The notes: generated by a model not told the origin, from the sequence alone. 64,000 bases of DNA from Octopus bimaculoides (GCF_001194135.2 NC_068989.1:70507185-70571184), one strand, 5' to 3'; counted from the stretch's first letter, positions 12,063 to 25,724 are shown. Translations and numbers: made by a program.

Positions 12063-12446
12063 TCGTATATATGTGTGTGTGTATGGAAGTATTACAATTG
12101 AAATGGATGTGCTAGGTGCATGATAAATCACTGTATTGGTTGTGAATCCTGGTTGTATCCATGTTAAATTCCCTCTGCTACAGGACCTGGTAGAGGAACA
12201 TGCTACCAGAATAGGGGCCTATTGTGTAATATAAAGAGCAAATCTAATATGAAAGAATAACAGGATGTATGATTTTGGTTATTTCTTTTACTTCATATTT
12301 ACTTAATGTTGTCATGGATCACACTGTTGAGATGAGGGAATTTCTAATGGTTATATTTAATTAATCCATCTATATTTCATAACAAAAAAATTAAGAATTA
12401 AACCAAAGTTAGAATTTCTCTTTCTTTCAATACATTTGCTCTTAGC

Positions 12447-12610
12447 CATGATGAAAGTGGTTGGGGTGTTGGACTCACAATTGTAAAATTGCAGTTTCGA
12501 TTCCTGGATTAGCCAATGCATTGTGTTCTTGAGCACTTCACATTGCTCCAATCCACTCAGCTGACAAAAATGAGTTTAGCCTGGAGAGGGATGGGCTCTG
12601 CCAGGCTTTC
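12447..12610 (+). mobile_element. tRNA-derived SINE family C copy
   Basis: gtggttggggtgttggactcac...gtttcgattcctgga head and ttgtgttcttgagcac core. Confidence 0.6.
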
Positions 12611-12910
12611 TCACCCTAGATACGCTGCATGACTGCAGTGCCCTGACGACCCCCAAGGAGTTAAAGGACTCGTCAATTGTCTTGTCAATGATCAAAGAAG
12701 AGAAACCTGCCTAAAAGTCTAACCAAGTCACATAATACAACTTTAATTTTCATGTCAGCATTCTGTTAAGTAAAATTTTTGTTGAGTAAGAAAACACCAA
12801 ACAAATATTTCACTTCATATTATAATTTATGTAAAATATGTTCATCTTCAGGATTTTATGCTTGAGTTTACTTAAACTGCTATTCATTAAAATGAAATTA
12901 AAATTTCTTC

Positions 12911-13270
12911 CTTGACTTGTTTCAGTCACTGGACAGCATCCAAGTTGGGACACCACTGTGGAGGGTTTTACTCAAACAAATCGACCCCAGTATTAACTTT
13001 TAAGTCTGGTTCTCAGTCTCCCGTGCCTAACCACTAAGTTGTGAGATGTAAACAAACCAACACTGGTTGTCAAGTGGTGGCAGCGGTCATATACAAAGAC
13101 ACACATACATAAAACAGGCTTCCACAGAATTTCTGTCTGCCATATTCACTCACAAGGCTCGATCGCCCAGGACTATAGTGAAAGACACTTGCTGTCGATG
13201 CTGCAGTGTTGGAGAGAACCAGAAATTAGGTGGTGGCAAAGCAAGCTTGTTAACCACACGGCTGTGCCTG
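12911..13270 (-). mobile_element. SINE family B copy
   Basis: Reverse complement of the 5270-5688 family. Confidence 0.7.
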
Positions 13271-13682
13271 TGACTCTAAGCCATGCTTAAACTTATTCGT
13301 CTTATTTAATTGTTTAAATTTTCTACAATATCTTAAGAAACTTTATCACCAAAACGAGAATCATAACTGAGGGATGACATGCGTGATTGTGTACATATAT
13401 CAACATATATTTAGTAAAAAGGTAAAAAAAAAAATGGTTCGAATGTAGGTACAGTCTTGATGGGAATAACCATCAGAGCATGCCTTTACTTTAATGCTTG
13501 TGCTAATAAATAAAGGTAAAATCTAATAAAAGATGCAATGGAACCAGAATTCTATGACATAACAAAGGAAGGCATTATAATACCAATAATCCAAGACCAT
13601 ATTTTCAAACAAGCTAAAGTCAAACGAAACTGAAGTTATTCAAACAGACAAGTTGAAAATTTAATTGTAGTGTGGGAGAAAC

Positions 13683-14230
13683 CATCATCATTATCATCAT
13701 CGTTATTATTTTAATGTTCACTTTTCCATGCTAGCATGACTGGTGCCTGGCATGCTGGAGCCCCCCCCCCCCTTGCAGCTTTTATTAAAGCATGTCTCCA
13801 GAAGAAGGTCACTCTGATATAAAATCAGATATGCAGTGAATGGCATTGAACATTTCTGTAATCTTTTGCTTGTACTTGATATCATGGTGCTCCTACATTC
13901 CTGAACCTGCAACCCCTGTAGGCACTGGATAACTTGCTCTGGCTTGTCCCTGGATCATGTCGGTAGAGTGGAAAGAGCTTGTGAAGTGCTGTGCAAGCCT
14001 TATTGGACCTAAAATTTTAGGTTGTGCAGTCGCTGATGAGGTAACTATACCATGCTCAGTGAAATAGAGGGCGCTGTGGTGAGCATGGAAGTTGCAGATG
14101 CAAACCCAGGTGAAGCTGACTGCAGGTGCAGTAACATCATGCATGGGCACTACTGGCATTTTGCATGGTCAGTGGTCAGTGATAGCTTTCTTTGGTCACA
14201 ATTGGACAGTCATCAGCATCATGTGAGTGT
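13683..14230 (-). mobile_element. Retroposon family D, long decayed copy
   Basis: (CAT)n then ttttccatgctagcatg, and a catgggcactactggcatt end shared with other D copies. Confidence 0.45.
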
Positions 14231-14693
14231 GTGTATGTGTGTGTGGAAAATGCACCCAATAAGAAATATGTTGCACATACATACACAGACACACACACAT
14301 ACAACTATATTTAAATACATTTCTCATTAAGAAATCACACCAGGGAGTTTATATTGTGTAAGCTTTCATCTGCTTCTTGACTCATACCATACCATCAAAA
14401 ATACATGTACACAAATACACAATTCTCACAATCACCAAGGCACAAATTTGCATCTATACACTATTGCTCAGTGTTAGAGGAAGCCTTATCAGAGTCGTAA
14501 TGAAAAAGTATCATTCAGCCCCTTCCTAGTGTTGCTAATCATTAGCCATAAAACTGTATTTGTTAGGGTACAATGCAATCTTGAATATAATGCAACATAT
14601 CCAGCAACATTTTAACTACTTATTTAATGTAACCTATAAGATAGCTACAGTTACATATATTTTAAGAGACATTGCTGCAGATTTTGAAACACA

Positions 14694-15208
14694 TTAACCC
14701 TTTTGATACCTATCTCTGTCTGCTTTAAAGCTATCTAAGCCAAACCTTCTATCAAAATTTCATGTAAACAGTTTAATAATCACAAGTTGTTTTACTAAAT
14801 TCTTGATTTTTTAAAAATTAATTGAAATAAAGGTTCTTTCGGTCATGAATGACCATGGGATTGCACCTAGAAAGTTACCCCCTGAGGTACAAGTCTGGGC
14901 AAGGTTGTTTATGGAAGACTAGCAGTCACCCATGTATATCAGTCTCCCCTATCCACACCACTGATGTTATCCAAAGGAAAGACAAAGACCAATGCAGCTT
15001 GGCACCAGTGAAGTCGTAACTCATTTCTACAACTGAGCGAACTGGAGCTAAATGAAATAAAGTGTCTTGCTCAAGAACACAATGTATAGCCTGGTCTGGG
15101 AATCAAACTCACTACCTCATGACTGAGAGCCCGATGTTTTAACCACTGAACCATGGGGAAAATGAAGGCAGAGTATTTCAACAGGAATTTGGTAAGAAAA
15201 GGGGTTAA
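14694..15208. mobile_element. piggyBac-type MITE (TTAA-CCCTT...AGGGG-TTAA) interrupted by a family C SINE at about 14834-15159
   Basis: TTAA termini; internal sequence shared with 23003, 34795, 46985 and 63763; TSD-like aaataaagg/aaatgaagg around the insert. Confidence 0.7.
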
Positions 15209-16163
15209 ACATGGGAAAAAGAAACTATGCTAAAACAGATACCAAGACTGGCATTTAGAACATCAGCTGACATGAAATTTTGATAGAAGGGTTTGATTTA
15301 GGTTACTTTAAAAACAGGAAATTTGTATCACAGAACCAGGAGCAGACTCAAGTAGGATGGTATTAAATGGGTCAAATCAAATTAATTTTAAACAATAGTG
15401 TGTACAACCACATACCACCAGCAGTGCAAACAAAATTAACAACTGCTATTTGATGGCTTTGCTGTACATACAGTGTCTCATAACTGCAGGTATTGAAGTG
15501 TATGCATCAGTTGCTAGATATTTTGCCTCTTGGTATCTTCATTTTCACAGATTTGTCTGTCTGTCTGTCTATCTCACTATTTCACCCGAATATAATGTGA
15601 CTCCCAAGATGGACCCCACCTTTTTTTATATTAACTCTTTAACTTCCTATTCAGAACAGTACTGCAAGAAACTGCATTGGTCAGCCAGTTCTGAAACGTG
15701 TATCAAAATAAATGTACTAACTTTGTTTACATTCATTTTGAAAGAAGCAAGGAACATTCTAATAAAAGGGAACAATCTAATCTCTTCCTCTATCATTTAT
15801 TTCTGTTCTGTACTGGAATCATTACAGAACAGGGGCATTTTTTGACTTAAAAATTTCTAAACAGGATTTTACAAGTTAAATTCTTCATAGTAAATAAATT
15901 TGAACATGATTAAGATACTTAGTGTCAAAGATAAAGTAAGAAAAATAAACGAACATATAAATTGATTAATTCATTCATTAGGATTAGGGTCAGTATGTGT
16001 TTACATTGAATAACATAATAAATCAAAGTTTGTTGGATGTTGAAAATTTAGTATTTAATTAGTGTAGACAATGAATGCCATCAAATAATCTGAGATAGTG
16101 AGAAATGGAATTAGGTTTATTTTATACACAATCCAACAAAGACTTGTAAGTCATCAGTCTCAC

Positions 16164-16184
16164 CTGAATTTTTCATATTTCCCT
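16164..16184 (-). CDS. MTSS1: Candidate 21-nt microexon (EGNMKNS), phase 1-1
   Basis: Long U tract ttttctttcttgaaag| followed by a strong donor CAG|GTGAGA; in frame between exons C and B. Confidence 0.65.
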
Positions 16185-17176
16185 CTTTCAAGAAAGAAAA
16201 AAAAAAAAAAGCATGGTTCAAATTCTCTTGGATTAGAACCAATTCTCTCAGTTGAAGAAAGAAATCAATTGCTGCAGTTAATGTAAAGCTTGTAAAGCCA
16301 GAGGTTAGAGTGTTGTGAAAACAGATGGTAGAGAAGAAGATTCTATTGAATGAGTCTTTGAAATGAAGGACTGTATGTAACTATTAGTGGAAGAAACAGA
16401 GTAAAGACAGAAAGAAAGATAGAAGCAGGTGATAGTGCAACAGGTGAGTTCATTCTGAGTTGAACAGTGGAATGAAGCCAAGTTCTGAAGAGGTGTTGTA
16501 TGATGATGAATCAGGGAACCAATTTTTTCCCCTCCAGTAATCAAGCAGATGGCTTTCTGTTGTATGTGACTTCAGATGCCAGCATTTAGAGACAATAGAC
16601 TATTATAAAACATAAGAGCATTACTGTAAAATGAAATACATTCAGGCTAACAGCTGATATACTTCCTAGATCTAAACTGAGAGAAAAAAAAAAAAGAAAC
16701 AAGATTCTTTGATATGATTTTGGTAATACTGAATATTCCTGGAATGTTTCATTGGATGCCATTTTAATGATTGATCTCTAAATGAGTAAAAAAAAACAAA
16801 AAAACTGGATGATTAATGTTGGAAGAAAGAAATATATATATATGAAATTGTACGGATGTGAGGAAGAGGGATAAAATGAATTTGGTATACACTGTGTAGG
16901 AATTGATATTTTCAGACAAAATGCAGATGGGAGAATTAAGTTCTAGCAAAACTAGCTCTGCTAGTACAGACATGTGATGAGAATGGACAGTGAAAACCTA
17001 GAACAAAAATATGACCACAAGAATAAAGATTAATGCAAACTAAATAGGAAAAGGTTTGGATTGGTCTTGGATATTTATGATTAACAACAGGCATAACCAT
17101 GGAAAGAAATAGCTAAAGAGTAGTTGAAAAATTTTGTCCATGAAAATATAGTATAAACTGTTTGGGATGATAAGAT

Positions 17177-17177
<1 letters not shown>

Positions 17178-17262
<85 letters not shown>

Positions 17263-17335
17263 TATGCATATATACACACATACATATATATATATATATA
17301 CATACATACACACACACATACATATATACACATAT
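17178..17335. repeat. (TG)18(TA)12(CA)12 self-complementary microsatellite plus flanking compound repeat
   Basis: Read directly. Confidence 0.9.
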
Positions 17336-17339
17336 TACT

Positions 17340-17490
17340 CTTTTACTCTTTTACTTGTTTCAGTCATTTGACTGCGGCCATGCTGGAGCACCGCCTTTAG
17401 TCGAATCAAATCAACCCCAGGACTTATTCTTTGTAAGCCTAGTACTTATTCTATCGGGTCACTTTTTGCCGAACCGCTAAGTTACGGGGA
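17340..17490 (-). mobile_element. SINE family B copy, young-looking, cut by an assembly gap
   Basis: ttttacttgtttcagtcatttgactgcggccatgctggagcaccgcc...gccgaaccgctaagttacgggga. Confidence 0.85.
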
Positions 17491-17941
17491 NNNNNNNNNN
17501 NNNNNNNNNNNNNNNNNNNNNNNNNNNNNNNNNNNNNNNNNNNNNNNNNNNNNNNNNNNNNNNNNNNNNNNNNNNNNNNNNNNNNNNNNNNNNNNNNNNN
17601 NNNNNNNNNNNNNNNNNNNNNNNNNNNNNNNNNNNNNNNNNNNNNNNNNNNNNNNNNNNNNNNNNNNNNNNNNNNNNNNNNNNNNNNNNNNNNNNNNNNN
17701 NNNNNNNNNNNNNNNNNNNNNNNNNNNNNNNNNNNNNNNNNNNNNNNNNNNNNNNNNNNNNNNNNNNNNNNNNNNNNNNNNNNNNNNNNNNNNNNNNNNN
17801 NNNNNNNNNNNNNNNNNNNNNNNNNNNNNNNNNNNNNNNNNNNNNNNNNNNNNNNNNNNNNNNNNNNNNNNNNNNNNNNNNNNNNNNNNNNNNNNNNNNN
17901 NNNNNNNNNNNNNNNNNNNNNNNNNNNNNNNNNNNNNNNNN
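17491..17941. other. Assembly gap (N run)
   Basis: N run. Confidence 1.
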
Positions 17942-18025
17942 ATACATATACATACACACAAACATATATACATACACACACACACACATATATACATAGT
18001 GTGTTTGTGTCTATGTGTGTGTGTG

Positions 18026-18069
<44 letters not shown>

Positions 18070-18328
18070 TTAGAAAAGTGTTGTTGAGAAAAAACTATGT
18101 TAATATAGTATTGATATCAAAACATCTTGCATGTTAAATATTGTTGCCAAGATTTCATTTTTAAGAAATTTACAAACTAGAAAAGCTCACTAAAAATAAT
18201 CTATTTCATTGATAGTTTGTGATGTGTGTTGATGAGCCTCAAACCCAATGTTTTATCGTAAAACTATTTATTATAAATGCATTGAGGAAGAATTCATTAG
18301 TAATTGACTTTCAAGTAGACAAGCAAGT

Positions 18329-18556
18329 TTAACCCTTTCACTACCAACCCGGCTGAAACCGGCTCTGCCTCTGAGTACAAATGTCTTGTTTTCATAAACT
18401 TTGAATTAAAATCTTCCACCAAACCTTAGTCACAATTTATGTTCCTAACACTAGCTGAGTAATAACTAAATTATTTTACGAAATTCTTTGTTATATTTAA
18501 AGTAATTGAAAGAAACACAGAGCATCTCAAAATAAATACGGTAACGAAAGGGTTAA
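18329..18556. mobile_element. piggyBac-type MITE
   Basis: ttaaccctttc...gaaagggttaa inverted termini including TTAA. Confidence 0.8.
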
Positions 18557-19521
18557 ATCAATGTCTAGCTTGTAAAGATGATATGCTATGTTAAAGGATA
18601 TTGTATAAAATGCCCAAAAGATGTTTTTTTAGAAACCATATTTGAAATAACATGTTTTAGTGTGTGTGATAGACAGATAGATAGATAGATAGATAGATAG
18701 CATGAGCAATGACAGTATGATAACTTGAAAGAACTTAAGTTTATAGAGATTGCACAGGAGTAAAACTGGCGTGGAGAATACCCCAGAGGAGAAAAATCAA
18801 GAGGTACATCTCACAGAGAATAACATTAGGCACAATAGTTTCAAGCACATCAGTAGATCTGACACATCAATACTAACTTCTGAAACTTATATTTTCGTTT
18901 CTACTTCTGATGATGGTGGTGATAATGATGATAACAGGAATAAAGTATAAGCAACTTCCATGGTTTGATAAAGAGAAAAGGACAAAGGTAATAATATGTC
19001 CGCTCCTCCGTACAATTTGACGACTAGAACTGAGATCAATCATTAGTTAGCTTTGATTTAATGCAGTTAATGAATGTAAATTTTTCAATGAAGGGCAATG
19101 AGAAAGAAATCACAGAACCCAAGCAATATTGCAGCAACTGAATAGTCTGAGACAACATAGCCATGCAACAGAGCAGCAGCAGCATCAAAAGTTAAACCAA
19201 GCAAGGTTAAAATAGACGTGCAAGCTAAAAAAAAAAAAGGTAACAATTATAATAATTATTATTATTATTCAAAAAATTATTTTAAAAAAACAAAGCATGC
19301 ATTTTCTGCGATGTAAAAAAAAAAAAAAAAGAAAGAAAAATAGGTTAATATTATAAGCTGTTCAATGCCAGAAAGTACGAGAAGAAAAAAGAGGTAGAAA
19401 AAAATCTAAAGTTTGGATATTATATTAAAAAAAAAACAGATAAAGGATTTTATGGTATGAAAATGAGCTAAGGAAATAATGAAAAGTTAGATGATGTTTT
19501 GGAAGCAAGTGAAAATCTTAC

Positions 19522-19554
19522 CGTTAGCAACCTGAGCTGTCAGTGATACTGAAT
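19522..19554 (-). CDS. MTSS1: Candidate 33-nt small exon (DSVSLTAQVAN), phase 1-1
   Basis: Acceptor tattatctatacag|, strong donor ACG|GTAAGA; in frame with no stop between exons C and B. Confidence 0.65.
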
Positions 19555-20649
19555 CTGTATAGATAATATACACAAAATATTGTGACAGAGACAACGGATG
19601 TAAGCTAAGAGATGAAAGTTAAAATGACAGCAATAATGCAATGAAGTAAATGAAAGACTAAATAAAAGTACTACTACACCCCATGATAATAAGTACAGGG
19701 GACATTTTATTTGTTCTCTCTTCTTGAAATGGGGATAGAGGGGAAAAAAATCATTTTGTCCCTATTTAGTTTTTTTAAAATAAATTTTAAATTATTTACT
19801 TAAAAGTCCAATTTGTGCTTTGATATTCAACAATGAAGATGTTATTACTGTCAGTTGGATTAAAGTCAGAAGTATAATTAAATATGTCTTAGCAGCAAGT
19901 ATGTGTACGCACACACACACATATAAATATACATACATACATACATACGCCATACTGACTTTCCAGACACTGGTGGTCTGGACCCACTCATAAGTTGCAC
20001 TAATTTATGAGCAGAAACTTCGTATTCATAATTTAATTTAGAGTGTGTTGGCCAAATTGACCCCTAATTCAGAAAAATTAGTAATCTAGAAAGACTTAGG
20101 AATCAAAGATTCTGGAAAATTAGTGTTGTACCTGTGAGTGTGTACACACATACATGTGTGTGTATGTGTGTATGAACACACATGCTTTGTCAAGTAGAGA
20201 GAATTCAATTTCAATACTGATGGTAGAATTAACTATATTTTTATATGGTACTTATGAAAAGCAGGATGTTACTCGAATTTCAGGTTAACCCCTTAGTTGA
20301 AACTATAACTATCAGTCAGTTCAAACACATGAGTGTTCATTTAACAGAGAAAATATCTAATGACTGAACATCCATGCATGTTTGAAGTGCCTGAGAGTTT
20401 ATTCTGTAGTCTTACATGAAACTTAAATAACAGTCTGTATTTCTAAAGTACTGTATAAAGACATAATATATACTCTTGTTCAAAGCTGCTGATCTGCTCC
20501 ACACAACTCAGAGTTTCATGTGAGCAACTTAAGTATTGAGGGAATGATGAATGATCAGCTTCGAATGAATAAATTCTACATGTATTGAGTACTTTTTCTC
20601 TTATTTTATCATCCAAGTGTTTATGTGCTTATCTACATACATCTGTTAT

Positions 20650-21030
20650 CTTTTACTTGTTTAAGTCATTGGACTGTAGCAATGCAAGGTCACCGTCTTG
20701 AAGTGTTTAGTTGAACAAATTGATACCAGTACTTATTTTTAAGTCTAGTACTTATTCTATCAGTCTCTTATGCTGAACTGCTAGTTCATAGGGATGTAAA
20801 CAAATCAACATCAGTTTCCAAGCAGTGTGTGTGTGTATGGGGGACAAACACAAAGATACACACACACACACATATATACATGATAAGCTTCCACACAGTT
20901 TCCATCTACCAAATTCACACACAAGGCATTGGTCGGCTTGGGGATATAGTAGAAGACACTTGCTCAAGGTGCCGTGCAGTAGGACTGAACCTAAAACCAT
21001 ATGGTTGCAAAGCAAGCTTCTTAAATACAC
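20650..21030 (-). mobile_element. SINE family B copy
   Basis: Family B sequence in reverse. Confidence 0.8.
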
Positions 21031-22104
21031 AACCAAAGAAGAGAATTTAAAATATTAATTTTCAATAATTTGGCCTGCATACTTGCTTGCATGGGTGACA
21101 CACTCAAACGCTAATTAACATATCTAAAGGATTAAATTTGATATGAAATTTGTTATGAGAAAGAGGTGATTCTGATTGCCATGTTTAAAAAAACAAAAAA
21201 AGGCTCAAACACTAATTAGTGTACCTAAAAGGTTATGGTATGAAATTTAATGAGGGAGGGACTTAAGAAACTATATGGAACTGCTGAAGCAAATATGTAG
21301 CAGTTGTTCAAGTGTTTTTTTTTTAGTTAGTAGTTTGGTTTGGTGTTTGAAAAATGGAGTTAGTTTCAACAAATCAACTATGATTTTTGTCTCCACATAA
21401 AAAACCTAAAAAGGTTAGATAACAAGTAAAATTGATTTTTAAAAAAATTCATCTCCAAATCTGTTAGCACTTTGATCTCACAGCTGTTTAAACCAAATGA
21501 CAAACTGAAGTTGTAACATTCTCTAGGAAAATAATATTTGACTGGTGAGTTGGTGAGGCTGAAGTCTTGCTAAAATATTACAGTATTTGTGTCATCATCA
21601 TCGTTTAACATCTGTGCTAACAATTCTGCCATTATTTTTTTAGTAAAGTTTTGTTTTTCTTTTTTTTTTCATTTTTATCAGTGTTACATTCTGACCATAG
21701 AAGGCAGGAAATACAAAACAAAATGTACACATGACAACCTGGTAGTGCCTCCCCCAGTTTTTATACTTTCTCCTACATCTGGTTTTAAAAATAACTTACA
21801 CACACACACACACACACCACTGTAATAAATGCTCCCTTTGGATGTTTTCAGATATTCACAGTTGATAATTTGAAGTAAAAGCCAATCATGAAGATTGAAA
21901 CTATTGTTTGGCTGAGATTTAAAGCATTAGTTATAACAGAACAGAACAGAAAAAGAACAGAACACACTCACACATTGAAAGTGAGTAACGTGTGTATATA
22001 AAATATGGAAGCATTAAATAAATGCCAACTTTTTCAAACGATGCAAAAAGTAAATTAGAAAGACAAAACGACACATTTTAGGCACCAGGTGGTTAGGCCC
22101 TTAC

Positions 22105-22294
22105 CTCCAGATGCTATAGTATCCTCAGAACCTGCTGGGGTAGAATTCATTGTTCCATATCCACTAGAACATTGCAGAGATGTACGGCTTGTTGTTGTGA
22201 CAGCATTAGTTGTCGGTTCTTCATAATGGGACGTTAGAGCAGCAGTGGTAGCTTCTAGTTCTTTAATGGCTAATTCAAGACTGTTTTGCTGGGC
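22105..22294 (-). CDS. MTSS1: MTSS1-like exon C (AQQNSLELAIKELEATTAALTSHYEE...RTSLQCSSGYGTMNSTPAGSEDTIASG)
   Basis: Acceptor tttggtcag|, donor GAG|GTAAGG; 190 nt, phase 0-1; matches the MTSS1 motif RDSLQCSSGYSTQTTTPCCSEDTI. Confidence 0.93.
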
Positions 22295-23002
22295 CTGACC
22301 AAACAGATATTTAGATATTACAAGATCAGAACATAGTGACATCAATGTGTTATTTATATATAGATGTGTGTGCATTTGTGTAATGTACACACACATATAC
22401 TATAAATATTATATATATGTATATATATATATACACACATACACAAACAAACAAACAAACACATATATAAAATAGAATTTCTGAAAACAATGATATATTT
22501 ATATATATATGTGTGTAATGTAACAAGCTACATACCAGTCACTGCCATTTTATTGTATGTTAATAAAAACCTCAATACATGCTACATAAAACAAACAACA
22601 CCCCAATCTCATTAGTGCAATAATAATCAGTTAAAACATAATTAGAGAGTATTATTTGAACGATATTTAAAGATCTTGTTCTGCAAAATTCAAAAATTAT
22701 TGAAACTACATTGAGTAATTTTTATTTAAGCAAAATGTTTTAATAATTAATTCAAATTGTGAAAATAAACCTCATAGTGTACAGAGATAGGGTAACATAT
22801 ACATATTTATTTATACATTTATTTGAGACTACAGACTACAAGGACAAAAGCTGAAATTTCATTGCTACATCCACAGAATTTTATCTCCTACACAAACCAT
22901 ATAATTTTGCTTGCCACACCATCTGGTTGACAAACAAGCTTCACAGTTTTACAATTAAGTTGTGTAGCAGTTAGCAAAGTGACTAATAATAAAGTTCTTG
23001 AT

Positions 23003-23239
23003 TTAACCCTCTTGATGTCAACCTGCTTGAGACTACGCTTGGTTCTAGGCTACAATTTCACTGTCATAAAGTGATCTAAATAAAAACTTTCTCCCATTAA
23101 AATTTTGTTAATTTATGTTTCAAACACCAGTATAATAATTACAAAGTTATTCTACATATACTTGGTTATTTTAAAAATTAGCTGAAGGAGAAGAAAAAGT
23201 ATATTTATTTCAACAGAAATATGCTAATGAAAGGGTTAA
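23003..23239. mobile_element. piggyBac-type MITE
   Basis: ttaaccct...aaagggttaa termini; internal similarity to other copies. Confidence 0.75.
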
Positions 23240-25724
23240 ATTCATATTAGAAGGGTTTTATTCTTCATAAGGGTCAGTAAATAAAATAGTGTTTACCAGA
23301 CAATCTCAACATCTTGCTACTCTTTTCAATTGCTAAATCTTATATTGGTGTCATATTTTGTGATGCCATTTTGCATGGCAGCAATAAAGTCTCAGTATTT
23401 TCAGAGCAATGAAATATAGATTACAAGGCTTGTAGCAACTGAAGTAATGTGTAAGTTCTTCACTATTCTCATATTTAATTGGCAATCTATCTTAATAGTA
23501 ATTAATGTACAATATTCCAGAAATACCAAATAGAATGGTATCAAGACTTTTGATCAATTATCAAAGAGCAAACTGTTCGCGATTTGATATAATCCAATTG
23601 ACATTCTCTTGTAAAATCCCCAACATTAACAGGATTATCGAGTATCGTCTTCAATCTTTCTGAACCCTTTGCCTGTCCTGTGTATCATATTTGGTACATA
23701 GGAGATATTTCCCTGTCATCCATGCATCATGTATGATACAGATTCCCAATTTTTTTTTTCAACCACCAGAGTAACTTGGGTCTTATGAAAGGAAAAATTT
23801 ATATTACTCAGACTGAATGAAATGAGGATTGATTAAAAGTCTTAAAAGAAGCATGGATGTTTAGGAACAAAGTTATGAAAACTCTTTGGATAGGCAAAGG
23901 GTTAAGAATCACAGGTAGAATATTGACCAAGTGTAAAACTTTAACAACCATTCCTCAACACAAAATGTACATGCAATTTTTAAAATTCAGTTTTTTAAAG
24001 ACATACAAACACCATTTTAAACTTCCCCATTAATGTCATTGAAACTATTTTGATTAAATGAAAATAGCATTTAATATATAAAAGAAAACAACAATAACTT
24101 TTATCAGAAACTGCAAATATAATGATTAACAAGCTTTAAGTAGAGATCATGCAAATATACTACATTAATTTTGTATTTTTCATTTTTTAATTTATAAAAT
24201 AAAATGAAAATTCTTGAAAGCCCACAAAAGCTTCTTAAAAAAAAAATTTTTTTAATTCACCAAGGTTATCTACCTAAATTACCTGCTACTTAACTAAATT
24301 AACTAACGACATACAGAGATAAATTGATCCATGCTTTCTGTGATATAATGGGTTTGCATTTCCATTTTACTAAACATCAAATTTGCTCTATGTAATAACT
24401 TTTCACCTCCAAAAACATTAGTTTTATTTTATTCAAATACATACACACAATGCAGAAAAAAGAAGCACAAATAAACATTCCTTACAACATATAAAGCAAT
24501 CATTATGAAAGTTAATAGAAACAAACAACAAAAACATTCAAATGTAAGAGAAGAACAAAGAAATCCTCAAATTGCACAAACTCTTTCCTGTAGGCCCTGA
24601 AGTTCATACAATGTAGAAGTGACTGCATGCATTATAAATAAGAATAACCCAAGCACCCAAATCAATAATTAACTCTCAGTATTTCTTTTACTTTATATAG
24701 AATTTTAAGAAATATATATGTTAAAAAAAATTGCTAAAGTTATATTCGTTTTTTTTTTTGTAGATAACAGGTAATTAAATAATTTTGGTATATTAACAAT
24801 AAATGATGGACTGAGAATTTATCATTGAATTTAGAATATAATATATACATACACACACGTGTATATATGTGTATATAAAATTTGTTGGTGCAAGAAGTAT
24901 ATAGATATTTAATAGTCCAAAATAAATATGATTTTTTCAGAGTTATGGATCTTGATGAAATTAAATATTAAATTTAAACACGTATTTTGTTCAAGGAGTT
25001 ACCTCCCTCTACTACTTTTCATTTATACCAAATGAAATGGGTGACTTTATCTTTATTTAAATGGAGATCACATATTTTATTTCCTGCCCGGTGAGTATGG
25101 AAGATGTAGAGAATTTAAAGGATTCTGGATATTACTAAAGTGAGAGTTGATAAATTTACCTACATTCATGAATAATTATTATTGATGATGAATTATAATT
25201 AATGGTTACTTTTACAGTGAAATTCTTTAAGTCTAAATTAAACAGATAGAAGTTTAAAATACTAAGCAAAAACTCCACCTTCACCCTGACCCACACATGA
25301 AAAAAAAAAAAAATGCTTGATATGGATTCCCAAATCAATTTCACACTTTTTGAAAGGAAATGTTCTTAGGTTTTGTGACTTAACACTTGTAAAATTTACT
25401 GTGTCCTAGAACAACAGAAAAATTAAAAAAGGGTGATTTCTTTGCCATCACCATTTCATAATCTCTTTCCTTGTTTGCATGTGTTGGATGGGTCCTTACT
25501 TGAAGGATCTCAGTCCTTACTTGAAGTTACTGCTCTTCTAGATGGATCAGAGAACCATGTCTTTATAGATGTTTCACTCGGACATGGTTTGTAATGCTTC
25601 ACATAATTCTTAACACTTTACAAGAGTTTACTGAGTGCTTTCATCATGGGACCAGCACTAGCCATTTCTTTGAGAATATAAACATATATATCATCTCATA
25701 TATATCATATAAACATATATATCA

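Noticed and set aside
16620-16680. Strong acceptor tttttttctctcag| at about 16677
   Set aside because: Immediate in-frame TAG and no convincing donor
17451-17997. Long ORFs containing X runs (also at 30148, 40601, 42298, 45525 and 59676)
   Set aside because: Artefacts of N gaps; only 40458-40624 inside one of them is a real exon
25480-25670. Protein-like stretch MASAGPMMKALSKLL*...TSSKD with two TCAA|GTAAGG donors
   Set aside because: Internal stop, and the donor phase does not fit exon C
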